Shown here: positions 30,661 through 42,100 of the stretch, in pieces
Position numbering within the stretch: position 1 is the stretch's first letter
Layout: every line of letters begins with the position of its first letter
Origin: Candidatus Bathyarchaeia archaeon
GTDB lineage: Archaea > Thermoproteota > Bathyarchaeia > Bathyarchaeales > Bathycorpusculaceae
Length of the DNA stretch: 64,000 nucleotides
Assembly: GCA_049515895.1 (NCBI GenBank)
Contig: JBEKTQ010000023.1
Location: 14,224-78,223, forward strand
Direction: 5' to 3'
Notes under the pieces: generated by a model
Databases searched by the model: none
Seen by the model: the letters and a program-made list of their open reading frames with translations, nothing else
What the model was told of the DNA's origin: nothing
Made by a program: the position numbers and the translations under genes

Positions 30661-31968
30661 GTGACTGAAAACTTGAGAATAGGGTTCTTCGTTTGGGAGT
30701 ATCCGCCAGCCCTCGTAGGCGGACTCGGCACTTACGCTGAATACATAACGCGGGAATACGTATCGATGGGTCATGACGTAACAGTTTTCACATTAAATCC
30801 AGGAAACTTAAAAACTAGAGAAATCGTCAAGGGAGTAGAGGTCCATCGACCATTAATCGCCAACGCAAGCAACATTTTCCCTATGTTCGTTACTGAAGAC
30901 CTGAAAAAATGGGGCACAAACATCAGCATGTTCAACAACATTTTCATCTACAACGTACTCAGCGCAACGAAGTTCATAAACAGCATGATAAAAAAAGAAG
31001 GCCACAACTTCGACATGGTATGCGTTCACGACTGGCTAAGCAGCATGTCAGGAATGATGATAAAAAACGAAACAAAAATCCCCGTTGCATTCCATGTTCA
31101 CAGCACAGAATGGGGAAGAGCCGGCGGACCAGGCTCAGAAGTTGTCTCTCACATCGAATGGGCAACATCCGAAAAAGTAGACAGAATACTGACAGTCAGC
31201 TACGCGATGCAGGAAGATTTGGTTCGGCACGGCTGGTCGAAATCAAAGATAAGCGTCGTTTGGAACGGAGTAGACCCTCAAAAATATACCCCGAAAATAG
31301 CGAAGCCTGAAGAAATTGAGGCAATACGTTCAAGATACGGAATAAAACCGGGGGATAAAATGATCCTTTTCATCGGCAGATTAACATGGGTTAAAGGCGT
31401 CACGAATCTGGTTCAAGCCATGCCCACAGTCTTGGAAGAATACCCAAACACTAAATTAGTTATACTGGGAAAGGGCGAGCAGCAAAATGACATAACCGAG
31501 TTAGCTAACAGATTAGGGATAAAAGATAAAGTTTCCTGCCGTTTTGAGTTTGTTCCTGAAAAAGAACGTATTCTCCATTACGCAGCGGCAGATGTCTGCA
31601 TTTTCCCATCGACTTACGAGCCATTCGGAATAGTAAGTCTCGAAGCAATGTCGATGGCGAAACCGATAATAGTCGGAGCTCAGGGGGTCGTGGGTTTCAG
31701 AGAACAGGTAGTACCCTCTGGAACTGACCAAAACGGAGTACACGTGAATGGCGGGAACCCGATGGACATCGCATGGGGCATAAAAGAAACCCTTTCTGAC
31801 CCTGAACGAGCTAAAAAATGGGGAGAAAACGGACGGAAAAGAGTAATTCAATACTTTACATGGAGAGAAGCCGCTGAGCAAACAATGCAAATCTATGAGA
31901 AGCTTTGCTTCGAAGGCGGAGAAAAATTCGGGGTACTTGATTTAGCTGAAAATTTAGTGAAAACGTAA
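30661..31968 (+). CDS. GT4 glycosyltransferase (glycogen synthase-like)
   Basis: WEYPP..VGGLG, HDW, HSTE.GR, YEPFGIVSLEAM. Confidence 0.9.
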   Translation: MTENLRIGFFVWEYPPALVGGLGTYAEYITREYVSMGHDVTVFTLNPGNLKTREIVKGVEVHRPLIANASNIFPMFVTEDLKKWGTNISMFNNIFIYNVLSATKFINSMIKKEGHNFDMVCVHDWLSSMSGMMIKNETKIPVAFHVHSTEWGRAGGPGSEVVSHIEWATSEKVDRILTVSYAMQEDLVRHGWSKSKISVVWNGVDPQKYTPKIAKPEEIEAIRSRYGIKPGDKMILFIGRLTWVKGVTNLVQAMPTVLEEYPNTKLVILGKGEQQNDITELANRLGIKDKVSCRFEFVPEKERILHYAAADVCIFPSTYEPFGIVSLEAMSMAKPIIVGAQGVVGFREQVVPSGTDQNGVHVNGGNPMDIAWGIKETLSDPERAKKWGENGRKRVIQYFTWREAAEQTMQIYEKLCFEGGEKFGVLDLAENLVKT

Positions 31969-32281
31969 ACAAGAGATTGCAAAGGAAAAATAACATTTGA
32001 GAATGCCGAACTCGCCATCAAATGGTCAAACCATGCGAACGCAAGTTACTTAAATCAGTTAGAGGAAAGAATACTGCCATACAACCTATTGCAGCCAACA
32101 AACATTTTAGCAATCAGAGAGGGTAAGGCAGTTAATTGTGCGCATCCAAGTAAACGCCCACTTTTCCAGTGACTGCTGTTCAAGACTACCTGCAGACTTC
32201 TTTGGTTCGCCGTTTGAAACGCCAGAAGAACGATGTTTTTCCGTTTTGCATATTAATGAGAACCGCTAAGGTGAAGGCTTA

Positions 32282-33103
32282 ATGAAGAAGTGGTTAGTGC
32301 TCACGGTAGTGTTGATAGCCGTCATCCTTCTTGGCGCTTCGCTACTGATTTTTCTCAATAACAAGAGCAATAATGCATCTTCAGTATCATATTACACTTA
32401 CTCGATTATTGAGACCTACCCCCATGACACAACCTCCTTCACTGAAGGCCTTTGGTATTCGAATGGTCTTCTTTACGAAAGCAGCGGCAGCGGAAATGGC
32501 CCCGATTACGTTTCAACTTTACGTCAGGTTGACTTAACCACTGGTAAAGTCCTGCAAGAATACACACTGCCAGTCCAATACTTCGGCGAAGGCATAGCCG
32601 TCATCAACAACGAAATCATACAACTAACGTACACAACCAACATAGGGTTCATCTACGACAAAAACACGTTCGCGTTGCTTGGCAACTTCACTTTCCCCAC
32701 TCAAGGCTGGGGTTTAAACTATGACGGCAAAGACTTAATCATGAGCGACGGCTCAGATCACCTGTACTTCCTAAACGCAACAACCTTTCAGCGCATAGGA
32801 GAAGTCAAAGTACACGATGGAAACACAACCATATCGATGATTAACTCGCTGGATTACATCAACGGCGACGTTTACGCCAACATCTGGCTCACAAACAAAA
32901 TCGCCATAATCAACCCTGAAACGGGACAGGTGAAGGCTTGGATAGACCTCACAGGACTACCAGCTTCAATTGCAAGCAAAACAAACGATAACGCTGTACT
33001 CAACGGCATCGCGTACGACCAACAAAACAACAAGCTTTATGTAACAGGCAAAGACTGGACAAGCCTCTACCAGATAAAACTTGTACCCGAAAACAAACCA
33101 TAA
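32282..33103 (+). CDS. glutaminyl-peptide cyclotransferase (plant/bacterial beta-propeller type)
   Basis: YPHD..SFTEGL, YFGEG, QGWGL, SDGS, ANIW, VLNGIAYD, VTGK.W. Confidence 0.92.
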   Translation: MKKWLVLTVVLIAVILLGASLLIFLNNKSNNASSVSYYTYSIIETYPHDTTSFTEGLWYSNGLLYESSGSGNGPDYVSTLRQVDLTTGKVLQEYTLPVQYFGEGIAVINNEIIQLTYTTNIGFIYDKNTFALLGNFTFPTQGWGLNYDGKDLIMSDGSDHLYFLNATTFQRIGEVKVHDGNTTISMINSLDYINGDVYANIWLTNKIAIINPETGQVKAWIDLTGLPASIASKTNDNAVLNGIAYDQQNNKLYVTGKDWTSLYQIKLVPENKP

Positions 33104-33371
33104 TGCTAAAAAGGTTGACTCTTGATGGCTACTACCCATTATGAAATAATTGATTGTAGCGTCTTGCGAAGCGATAAATCCCCTTATTTGGAGCGCTCGC
33201 TGATGCAGGTTTAAAAGAAAAACGACAGAAAAAACCTTAAATTTGGCTTTCCAGACGTTTTTAACCGCTAAGTGTTGCGCTTTTGCTTGTAATCTCAAGA
33301 TTTCTTTTGTTTCAATTTTGTTGAAAAAAGTTAAATACTGATAGCTCTGACTAAGAGGAACGGGGATCCGT

Positions 33372-34073
33372 TTGAGTGGAGGAGAAAATACAATACCTAC
33401 GACTGAAAGTAAGTTTCCTTGGAGCAACTATACACTGAAATTGGGCAGAGGAGAACCCGTTTCAACAACGCAGTACGTGCTATATGCAGTGCAGATCGCA
33501 GCGGTTATCATTCTTTCGTACTTAAGCGTCGCGGTGATTCCTTTGAGCTATGCAGGTATATCATTGTTCTACTTTGTGTACCCCTTCTTCTTAGTATTTA
33601 CCATGTGGTGGGGAGCTTGGGGTATGCTAGGAGCATACGTTGGATGTGTGATCGGTGCAGGCGTACTTGTTGGCACAGGACCAGTTCCATCGATAGTCTA
33701 TTCGATCAGCGATTTGGTGCCTCCGTTATTCGCATTCGTACTTTACCGTGGATTTCTAGCAAACAGAGGCTATGATCCTTTGTGGAGAGATTTGACAGAC
33801 AAAGAAGTTGCAGGCGTCAAGACAAAAAGGGTGGGAGCTTGGGTATGGTTCATACTGATAAACGGAGTTATACTGAATATAATAAGCGCAGAGATCGGCG
33901 TCGGAGTACTTTACAAATTTGGTCTGGTTGCATCCAATGCGTACTGGCCATTTTGGATCGGGTGGATTGTCGGCGACTTCGTGGCCATGGTTATCATCAC
34001 CCCAGTGCTCGTCAAAGGACTAACAACGCTCGTGGAAAGGCAGGGTCTCGTCAATCACGGCTGGATAACTTGA
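33372..34073 (+). CDS. putative ECF substrate-specific (S) component
   Basis: About 6 TMs, WWG.WG..GAY.G...G motif, first gene of the ecfT/ecfAA' operon. Confidence 0.6.
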   Translation: MSGGENTIPTTESKFPWSNYTLKLGRGEPVSTTQYVLYAVQIAAVIILSYLSVAVIPLSYAGISLFYFVYPFFLVFTMWWGAWGMLGAYVGCVIGAGVLVGTGPVPSIVYSISDLVPPLFAFVLYRGFLANRGYDPLWRDLTDKEVAGVKTKRVGAWVWFILINGVILNIISAEIGVGVLYKFGLVASNAYWPFWIGWIVGDFVAMVIITPVLVKGLTTLVERQGLVNHGWIT

Positions 34074-34116
34074 CAAGAATCCTTCCGCAAGAATAATGCG
34101 TTAAAGAGGAAGGCAA

Positions 34117-35178
34117 TTGGCAAACCCAGACGACAATGCACGTACTGAAAAAAAGTACGTGCGAACCTTTATTTTTTCCATGCGAACTGGCACCCCAGTC
34201 GAGAAGTTGCATGTGATAACAAAAGTTTTCATGATAGTTGCATTTTCTATCCTTACTCTTTACATGTTCGATATCCCTGTTTCTCAGGGTGGCCCCGACA
34301 TCATCGGATTATTTCTCATGATGGCTCTTACGTTTATTCTATTAGCAATCTCGAGAACAGCCAAGTATTTGGTGACATCTTATCTTGTGTTGTCAATCCC
34401 CGTTCTTCTGGCACAATTCTTCTGGTGGCTTTTCTTCAGCGAATCGCTGCCCGGAGCTAAAATGACGTTTTACCTGTGGCCAGGATTTTTGCCAATAGGA
34501 ATTTCCACCGTTGTGCTGGTAGTTACTTTCGTTCTAGTTTACTTGAAAACTCGGAGCATTTTTGTTTCGCTTACACCCGCCTTGCTATTGTGGTGGTTCA
34601 CTGTTATGCCAAGCGTTTTGAGTTATTCACCTTTAGCAACTTGGTTTAAGTTTCCACTCGGAGGAGCCTATTCTTTTTCCCTTCCTCAATGGTCAGCTTA
34701 CGTTGGATTCGCTAAGGCTCTGGGATACGGGGTCTTAATCTACACGTCGTTTCTTTTTCTTTTGACGACAAGAGATGCTGAGATTGGGGGAGCACTCAGG
34801 CAACTACGAGTGTCTTTCCGAAAGGCCTTCTTTGTCATGCTGATGTTCCGAAACCTAAACACAATTTTGCTTGACTACGAAAGCATCAGAATGGCTCAAG
34901 TGGCGCGCGCGTCCACTGTAATAAGAAGCGGCATATTGTCGCGGATGAAGGATCTGGCTTACGTATCCATTCCGTTGGTAGCAACCATGATTAGACGATC
35001 TACAGAGATGGGCGTAGCGCTTTACGCTAGAGGTTTCGAAGCCTCAAAAGGCATGACGGACTATAAAGAGACTAAACGATTAAGCAGCATTGATTACATG
35101 ATAATGGGTATTTTAGTAGCATTCTTAATATACGAGGTAATCCTTGGACACTCCATCACTGCCTTATTCGTGAGGTAA
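34117..35178 (+). CDS. ecfT: ECF transporter T component
   Basis: LTT, AQVARA and ALYARGF XRX motifs. Confidence 0.85.
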   Translation: MANPDDNARTEKKYVRTFIFSMRTGTPVEKLHVITKVFMIVAFSILTLYMFDIPVSQGGPDIIGLFLMMALTFILLAISRTAKYLVTSYLVLSIPVLLAQFFWWLFFSESLPGAKMTFYLWPGFLPIGISTVVLVVTFVLVYLKTRSIFVSLTPALLLWWFTVMPSVLSYSPLATWFKFPLGGAYSFSLPQWSAYVGFAKALGYGVLIYTSFLFLLTTRDAEIGGALRQLRVSFRKAFFVMLMFRNLNTILLDYESIRMAQVARASTVIRSGILSRMKDLAYVSIPLVATMIRRSTEMGVALYARGFEASKGMTDYKETKRLSSIDYMIMGILVAFLIYEVILGHSITALFVR

Positions 35179-35183
35179 AATGT

Positions 35184-36989
35184 ATGTCGGTATTGGAGGT
35201 CAATGGTTTCTGGTGGAAATACCGATCATACGTAGGGGCGGAAAACCCATACACGCTTAGGGATTTGACGTTCAAGGTTAACAAGGGAGATTTCTTCGGG
35301 ATAATCGGGCCTAGCGGCGCGGGAAAAACCACTCTTTGCTACGCTTTGACTGGAATAATTCCACATGTTTTTAATGTTCCCTACGGCAAAGAGCGTGAAC
35401 ATGTAAAAGGAGAAATAAAACTTTTCGGGCAAACACTTACCAAAGTAGAAGCTGTGACGGACGGAAAAACAGGCAAAACAGCCGACAAAATCGTCGGCAT
35501 GAAACAAACAGCACCCAGAGTTGGATTATTGCTCCAAGACCCAGAAAACCAATTCCTGAGAATGGATCTTCTTCATGAAATCAGCTTTGGAATGCAGATG
35601 CTTCAGCTTCCTGAAAGCGAAATTGAGAAAAGAGCCAAAGAGGCGCTTGAAGTAGTCGGGTTGGGCTCGCTTTGGCCAATAGCGGATCTTGTTCACCCAA
35701 ACGAATTGTCTGGCGGCCAGAAGCAGAGGGCTGCCATAGCTTCCTTCATCGCCCTGCGACCAGAATTGCTAGTGCTAGACGAACCTATGTCCAACCTTGA
35801 CCCTGAAGGTAAGCTCAGCATAATCAAAGCCATAGACAGCATACGAAACCAATACGATTTAACAATAATTGTGGTTGAGCATAATCCAGAGGTAATTCAA
35901 AAGTACGCTAACAAAGTGCTGGCGATGAACAATGGGCAAGCGATTGCGTATGGAACCACCGAAGAAGTTTACTCGCAGTCGAAACTGTTTGAAGAAAATG
36001 GACTCTACGCTTCGGACATAACCAGGATCGGGTGGCAATCAGGTTTAAGCTACCAAGGAAGAGTCCCCTTCACCGTCGACGAAATGTTAGAGGCATTTGA
36101 ATCCAAAAAAGAAACAATCTTAACAGACATCGAGGACGACCCGCCCCCTGAGAACGCTGAGGAAATAATAAGCATCAAAAACCTTGACTTCTCTTACGAA
36201 GACGGGACACAAGCGCTTAAGGGCGTAAACTTCACCATAAGAAAAGGAGAATACGTGGGGCTCATAGGGCAAAACGGCGCAGGCAAATCAACCATATCAA
36301 AGGTGATCAGCGGCTTATACAAGAATTTTCAAGGCGAAGCAAAAGTCATGGGGTTAAACCTGCGTGACAGAAAAGTGATTCAGAAAATCCCCTGTTACGT
36401 CGGCTACGTTTTCCAGAACCCGGACAACCAGATTTTCATGCGTAAAGTTTACGATGAAGTAGCTTACGGGTTAAAGAACCTGAAGATTCCGCAGCAGGAG
36501 ATTGACCAAAGAGTCAATGAGGCGCTGAAAAGCGTTGGCTTGCTGGCAAAGATTAACGAGGACCCAATGTTTTTGGGAAAAGGCGAGAAACGACGGTTAA
36601 CGGTGGCATCTATTCTTGCGATGAACCCTAAAATCATGATTGTTGATGAGCCTACAACGGGCCAGGACTTTCGAATGTCCGAGGACATAATGGATTTGCT
36701 TGAAGAACTGAACAAGTCGGGTACAACAATTTTGGCGATTACACATGATATGACGCTTGTTTCTGAACATACAAAAAGAGTCATAGTGATGCATGAAGGC
36801 TCAGTGCTTTATGATGGCTCGACAAGAGGATTCTTCGCAGACGAGGTGTTGCTCGAAATAGCGGGGATAATACCGCCTATGGCAGTGAGATTCAGCCACG
36901 CCTACATGAAAAAGCATCCTTCTTCGCCATGCTTCATAAACACGAAAGAATGGGTTACAGCGCTAAATCACCAAGAAGAAACAGCCTAA
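35184..36989 (+). CDS. ecfA: ECF transporter fused double ATPase
   Basis: GPSGAGKT, QDPENQ, LSGGQKQR; GQNGAGKS, FQNPDNQ, DEPTTGQD. Confidence 0.93.
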   Translation: MSVLEVNGFWWKYRSYVGAENPYTLRDLTFKVNKGDFFGIIGPSGAGKTTLCYALTGIIPHVFNVPYGKEREHVKGEIKLFGQTLTKVEAVTDGKTGKTADKIVGMKQTAPRVGLLLQDPENQFLRMDLLHEISFGMQMLQLPESEIEKRAKEALEVVGLGSLWPIADLVHPNELSGGQKQRAAIASFIALRPELLVLDEPMSNLDPEGKLSIIKAIDSIRNQYDLTIIVVEHNPEVIQKYANKVLAMNNGQAIAYGTTEEVYSQSKLFEENGLYASDITRIGWQSGLSYQGRVPFTVDEMLEAFESKKETILTDIEDDPPPENAEEIISIKNLDFSYEDGTQALKGVNFTIRKGEYVGLIGQNGAGKSTISKVISGLYKNFQGEAKVMGLNLRDRKVIQKIPCYVGYVFQNPDNQIFMRKVYDEVAYGLKNLKIPQQEIDQRVNEALKSVGLLAKINEDPMFLGKGEKRRLTVASILAMNPKIMIVDEPTTGQDFRMSEDIMDLLEELNKSGTTILAITHDMTLVSEHTKRVIVMHEGSVLYDGSTRGFFADEVLLEIAGIIPPMAVRFSHAYMKKHPSSPCFINTKEWVTALNHQEETA

Positions 36990-37112
36990 ATCAGATTATT
37001 CTGTTTGTACCCGCCTGTACGCTGGTTCGTTAGATATCAAAAAGAAGCCTCTCATTATGAATCATGTAGGCAATTGACAATTGGGCCATCATAGCGTGTG
37101 GAATTTGCAGCT

Positions 37113-38874
37113 CTAGGTTAAATTTATGGTTACTGATTTGGTTGCCCCTGTGACTATGACAATTCCACTTAGATAGCTCCAGTTATTGCCTTGAGAAGTT
37201 TGAGTTGTCCCGTCAACGGTTACTGACGTCGGCTGCGTGTTAACTAGAAATGTTTGGGTGCCGGTGCCTCCGCTAACTGAGTACGATATGCTCGTGGAGT
37301 TATAGTTGTTTATCACGATATTGACGCCGACTGAACTGAGCGTCAAGTTTGAAATGACGCCGTTCAAGGTCAAATTGTAGAATCTGAGCAAGTCACCTGT
37401 CTGGTTGTAGCCTGCCAGAGTTATTGGGCTTACAAAGCTTGTGCTAAAGCCGCTTGCTCCCAGAAATGGAGTGCCGCTTGCAACGCTAGCCGTTAAAGGC
37501 GAATAGGCAGTGATGTTGGATGTGAAACTGAATTGATTCGTTTGATCGGTTAAGTACTGTGGTCCACCCTGCGGGTTCGAGTATACTTGGTAAGTATAGG
37601 CGTTTACGATGGGGCGATTTGGATTACTCATGTTGAAAGTGTAAATCCTCGCGCATGCAGCACCTGCCTGCGCGTCTATTTCTTGTCTATTAAAGAAGAT
37701 CTCTTCTCTGTTTCCAACTTTTTGATTGTATGCTACCCCTTCTCCAATATCATGCCCGTCTAAAGTCATAAACACGTTCGAGTAGTTGCTCAGAATTTTT
37801 TCGAAGTTTTTAGCCCAATCGACATCGTTAGGGCTGGTCGTGTACCCATATCCTCCCACTCCATTGAGGAAGTTGTGTGTCGCAACAATAACGTTATCGT
37901 TCGGGTTGCATTTTAGAAGGGTCTGCATCCAGTCAATAACGGTTTGGTTAGAATCGTAGGCAATGTTAATGACCATGAAATGATAGTTGCCATAGCTAAA
38001 CTGTACCGCTGTGCTTGTGCCGTTGAAAACGCTTGCTACCCAATAAAGCGCATTTTGCATAGTTGCAGCATTGAAGGCCGAGTATCCTTCGCCGCCTATC
38101 CAGTCGCCATTTTCATTCCCGACGGGGTTTCTTTCTCCGATGAAATCGTGGTTTCCCGCGTTCCAACAGTAGGGAATTCCGTTGCTGTAGAGCTGCATCA
38201 TGGCAATGTTGGCGTTTCGCCAGTCTGTCGAGTTACCTGGGTTCTGCACGATATCACCTGTGTGGATGACCATTGAAACATTCAGGGCGTTGCTGTTGTT
38301 TACTATCCAGTCGGTAAGGTTGTTGAATAAGGCAGGGTTGGTGTCGCTTAAGTATTGAGTGTCTGATATTTGAATTAAGCTAAATCCATCGGTGACTGGG
38401 GCTATCCCAGTTCGCCATTGTTGACTCCAAGTTAGCTATTTGGGCATTCAACAAAACAATTGTTGATTGTTCCGAGGATACTTGGTTTTGGTCATCTTTC
38501 AGGTTCACGTTGGAGAATGAAAGTAAATCTTGAAGGGTGGCAACTTGAGAGTTTGCAGAGTTAAGGGAACTAGTCTTAGTTGTGAGTTGCGATTGAAGAT
38601 TTAAGTTAGTTGTGTTTGCTGAGGTCACTTGATTTTGAAGACTCGCAACTTGTGTGTTTAGCGCGTTCAGCGAATTATTTGTAGAGTTTAAGCTTGGTTC
38701 TAAGGAAGCAATCATCGAGCGTTCAGACTCTACTTGGCTTTGGAGACCTCGATTTTGATTTTCCAAAAAGCCAACCGTTATACCCAACAGAATAATACAC
38801 AAACCTGCAATCCCCAACATAACTTTTCTATTTACAACCTTCTTTCCACTCATCCACTGCTTCCCTCTTCCCAA
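37113..38874 (-). pseudogene. exported calcineurin-like metallophosphoesterase with N-terminal TM and coiled coil, split by one frameshift near 38400
   Basis: Motif I ISDTQY lies between the two ORFs in the downstream frame; HTGD, AGNHD, ATH, DGH follow. Confidence 0.8.
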
Positions 38875-39232
38875 ATCGTACCGCTAATAACGATAGAGAC
38901 ACGATTTCTTATGTTTTACCTAAAAACAGCAATTCAAAGAAAAAACGTCGCCTAGGGAGTTTTCTAAAGATCAAAACCGCCAATTCAATGTTTTGCATAT
39001 AAAAGTAGGGGAACAACTCAAAATGTGGAAAGTAGACATTCAAAATAAAAAATGCAGCGGCAATTGTCACAAACGTTTGAACGAGAATTAGATCTAAAAT
39101 TGTTGTTTCTAAACGAAATAATCTTTAAGATTGTTTTGCCTTTAATTTATGATTGTCGGGGTTTCTCTTTAATTATAGCAAGTTTTAAATCTGCTTTACC
39201 CCAAAAGAACACAAAACATTAGAGATAGCTGA

Positions 39233-40285
39233 TTGCATTATCAATTGGTGCTTATGAAAAAAACAGCATTAGCACTAACATTAATCTTGGCACTCTCAGC
39301 ATCCGCGGTGATTAGAGTTGCCATAGTAAATTTGGGCAGGGCTCAAAGCGGGACCGCAACCGCAACCTCAAACCCTGCTGCAACAGTAGCATCTGGAGGA
39401 AACGGCAATCTCGAACTCACAATGAGCCTCGACAGAACAACATACGTTTTGGGCGAACCAGTCAATCTAACATTAATGATTACCAACATCAGCAATCAGA
39501 CAATAAACTTCACGCATACAGGATTAGATTTTGATTTTCAAATTTACAACGACACAAACAACATCGTGTACCAGTGGTCAAATTTCAAAGCTATACCTCA
39601 ATTCATAACCATTGTGCCGCTTCAGGTCGGACAAAGCAGGTCAGCTAACTTCACTTGGTCGCAAACATGCAATTTCAACGCCCAAGTTGAAGGAGACACA
39701 GTCTCGCCAGGAATCTACAACATAATTGGTGAGACTGGTCCAACATACAGAATACAAACGACGCCGACGCAACTAACAATTGTCAAAACTACCCCAACTC
39801 CAACACCTACAACTCCAGCCACAACTACCCCCACTCCTACGGCAACAGTGCTTGCAACGACAAGCAACAATGAAACAGTTGACCTTAAAATCAGCGGAAA
39901 CATAACCAGTTCACAGATGTCCAGCCTGACAATCGCAACAAACCAGTCCGCCGCGAAAACAACGGTATCTTTCACAGTCACAGGAGAAGGCGGGACCACA
40001 GGCTATGGAAACATAACCATACCAATAAGTTCAGTGCTCTACGGAACAAACCCAGTAATCTACATTGACGGATCACAAGCTTCAAACCAAGGCTACGCAC
40101 GAGACAGCAACAACTACTACGTGTGGTACACAACAAGTTTCAGCACACACAAAGTATCAATTGTATTCACCGCACGATCTTCAGTTCCAGAATTCCCATC
40201 ACCTGTGATCTTGTCCCTAGTCATAATATTAGCAGTCTCTGTTTCAGTTGCGTTTATGCCAGGAAAACGCATGGAAACAAATTAA
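39233..40285 (+). CDS. secreted Ig-like (BsuPI-like) surface protein with PEF-type C-terminal sorting signal
   Basis: MKKTAL signal peptide, DF.I......VYQWS, Thr/Pro linker, VPEFPS followed by TM. Confidence 0.8.
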   Translation: MHYQLVLMKKTALALTLILALSASAVIRVAIVNLGRAQSGTATATSNPAATVASGGNGNLELTMSLDRTTYVLGEPVNLTLMITNISNQTINFTHTGLDFDFQIYNDTNNIVYQWSNFKAIPQFITIVPLQVGQSRSANFTWSQTCNFNAQVEGDTVSPGIYNIIGETGPTYRIQTTPTQLTIVKTTPTPTPTTPATTTPTPTATVLATTSNNETVDLKISGNITSSQMSSLTIATNQSAAKTTVSFTVTGEGGTTGYGNITIPISSVLYGTNPVIYIDGSQASNQGYARDSNNYYVWYTTSFSTHKVSIVFTARSSVPEFPSPVILSLVIILAVSVSVAFMPGKRMETN

Positions 40286-40426
40286 TAATCTTACATAGAC
40301 AATAGAATAATAAAAAATTTTATCTTCTTCACTTTCTTGAACCTAAGTGAATTTGACCACGAAAACTCAATTTACGCACTTACGATTAAACGTTGAAATC
40401 AAAGAATTTACCATGTTGAGAACAGT

Positions 40427-40924
40427 TTGTTATATATAATGGTTGATACAAGTGTTGGAACCATAGTCACGCCACGTTTGGGGGAACAGGGTTTGGATGA
40501 AGTACTAGACATGTTAGATAAAACCGTTAAGCGGATTCAGAAAGTTGTTGATGAAACCAAAGAGGCAACCTGGAAGCAGTCAGCTCTCTACGAGCAGATT
40601 ATGCAGGCGCCCGACGCTTCTGACGAGAAGAAAATAAAAGCGTTCATTAAGAAAACCCGCTATCTTGACCTGCTTGAAACCTTGAACTCCCAGTTGAGCC
40701 TACTTTGCATGCTGCAGATTTTCGCGTTCAAAGTTAAAGTGCTTGAGGTTACTGTTGACAAGATGAATGAGCAGCTAGTGAAATCGGGTATTTTGCTCAA
40801 GACAGGTGAACTGGATGAAGTGAAAAAGAACATTGACGCGCTCAAGATACTAATCGAAGCACAATATGAGTCCATGAGAGAAATACGGGAAACCAAAACC
40901 AAAGCATTAGACTACATACACTAG
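40427..40924 (+). CDS. hypothetical helical protein
   Basis: 165-aa coiled-coil-rich ORF. Confidence 0.7.
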   Translation: MLYIMVDTSVGTIVTPRLGEQGLDEVLDMLDKTVKRIQKVVDETKEATWKQSALYEQIMQAPDASDEKKIKAFIKKTRYLDLLETLNSQLSLLCMLQIFAFKVKVLEVTVDKMNEQLVKSGILLKTGELDEVKKNIDALKILIEAQYESMREIRETKTKALDYIH

Positions 40925-41009
40925 AAACATCAGATTAAAAATCAAATAAAAAGGGCAGCCTGGTGGTTTTTTGCCACTCATGCCTGCAACGGTACGTTTT
41001 TTGATTGGC

Positions 41010-41933
41010 TTATTCTACGATCTTTTCCCAGCTTGTAACTAAGTCAAGAACTTCTTGGCCTGCCTTGCCGCCGTAGCTCTTAAGGCGCTCGCGGGTGTCT
41101 TTTTGAGCTATCGCAGCTTTCTGGAACTCAACCATTTGTGCAGCTTTGTCTGTCAAATAGAGGATTCCATCTACGCCGGCTCTTGCCATACGGACTGAGA
41201 CTGTTAAGAGTTCATTTACGGTGGGTGTTTCTCTTGGGTCGTCGCCGGGGCCGATAACGTACAATGCAATGTTCAGTTTAACGTCTTTGAAGAGTTTCTT
41301 GAAGTTGCGTGTCAGCATTTCCCAGTACCACGGAGTCGCATAGTTCTTGCTGAACATGACGACCAGGAACTCGTCGGTTAGCGGGGCTAAGTCATCAAAG
41401 TTAACGCCGAAGCGTTCATAATTAGTAACTGGGTCTGGAAGGACGCCGATGACAAACTTGCTTTTTGCTCTGTCTCGTACCCGTTCGCTTACCAATGCCA
41501 TGTAGTCTGCGATTTCTTTTCTTCGCCATTCATACCAACTTAAACCGCTTTTCTTCCATAGTTCTTGGCAGCGTGGGCAAACGCAGTGTCCATGCTCTGC
41601 AAAGTGGATGCTGTTGAGCCATATACCCGGGCTTTTGCGAGCGACGTCTTCGATGTAGTCAAGTTGTTCTGCGCGGTGTTCGGGTTGGGTTGCGCAGAGA
41701 ACGTCCCATCTGACATTGAAGTTGTCGTTTGTTCTCCATGCCGGACCCAGCGCTGACTGGGAAATCCAGTCTGGGTGGTTGCGAGCAGTAACGTTATCTC
41801 CGAATATTGCAATGTTGCTGTGCATATCAGGTTTCGGTGGTAATCGTCTGCCTACTTCGGGTTTAACTCGAAAAAGGTCATAGTCGAAGCCTGGAACTTT
41901 TTTTGCTTCAAACATGTATGTGCCGAATTTCAA
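41010..41933 (-). CDS. hypothetical protein, putative glycoside-hydrolase-like TIM barrel with CxCxxC
   Basis: HPDWI, GIWLNSIHF...CVCPRC, WRRKEI, RFGVNF..L. Confidence 0.55.
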   Translation of the reverse strand: MKFGTYMFEAKKVPGFDYDLFRVKPEVGRRLPPKPDMHSNIAIFGDNVTARNHPDWISQSALGPAWRTNDNFNVRWDVLCATQPEHRAEQLDYIEDVARKSPGIWLNSIHFAEHGHCVCPRCQELWKKSGLSWYEWRRKEIADYMALVSERVRDRAKSKFVIGVLPDPVTNYERFGVNFDDLAPLTDEFLVVMFSKNYATPWYWEMLTRNFKKLFKDVKLNIALYVIGPGDDPRETPTVNELLTVSVRMARAGVDGILYLTDKAAQMVEFQKAAIAQKDTRERLKSYGGKAGQEVLDLVTSWEKIVE

Positions 41934-42100
41934 TTTGATTCTACCTTTTTAGAATCCAAAACGCTTGGCATTGTAATAAAGTTTTGCGTAATCAGGGCTA
42001 AATAGGTTGCAAAAGCAAAATTCGAGGTTAGGATTGTTTAATGTCACCAAAAGCCTGTCTTAAGCGCAAACACGGTTGATGCCATCTAGCCGGTTTGGCG

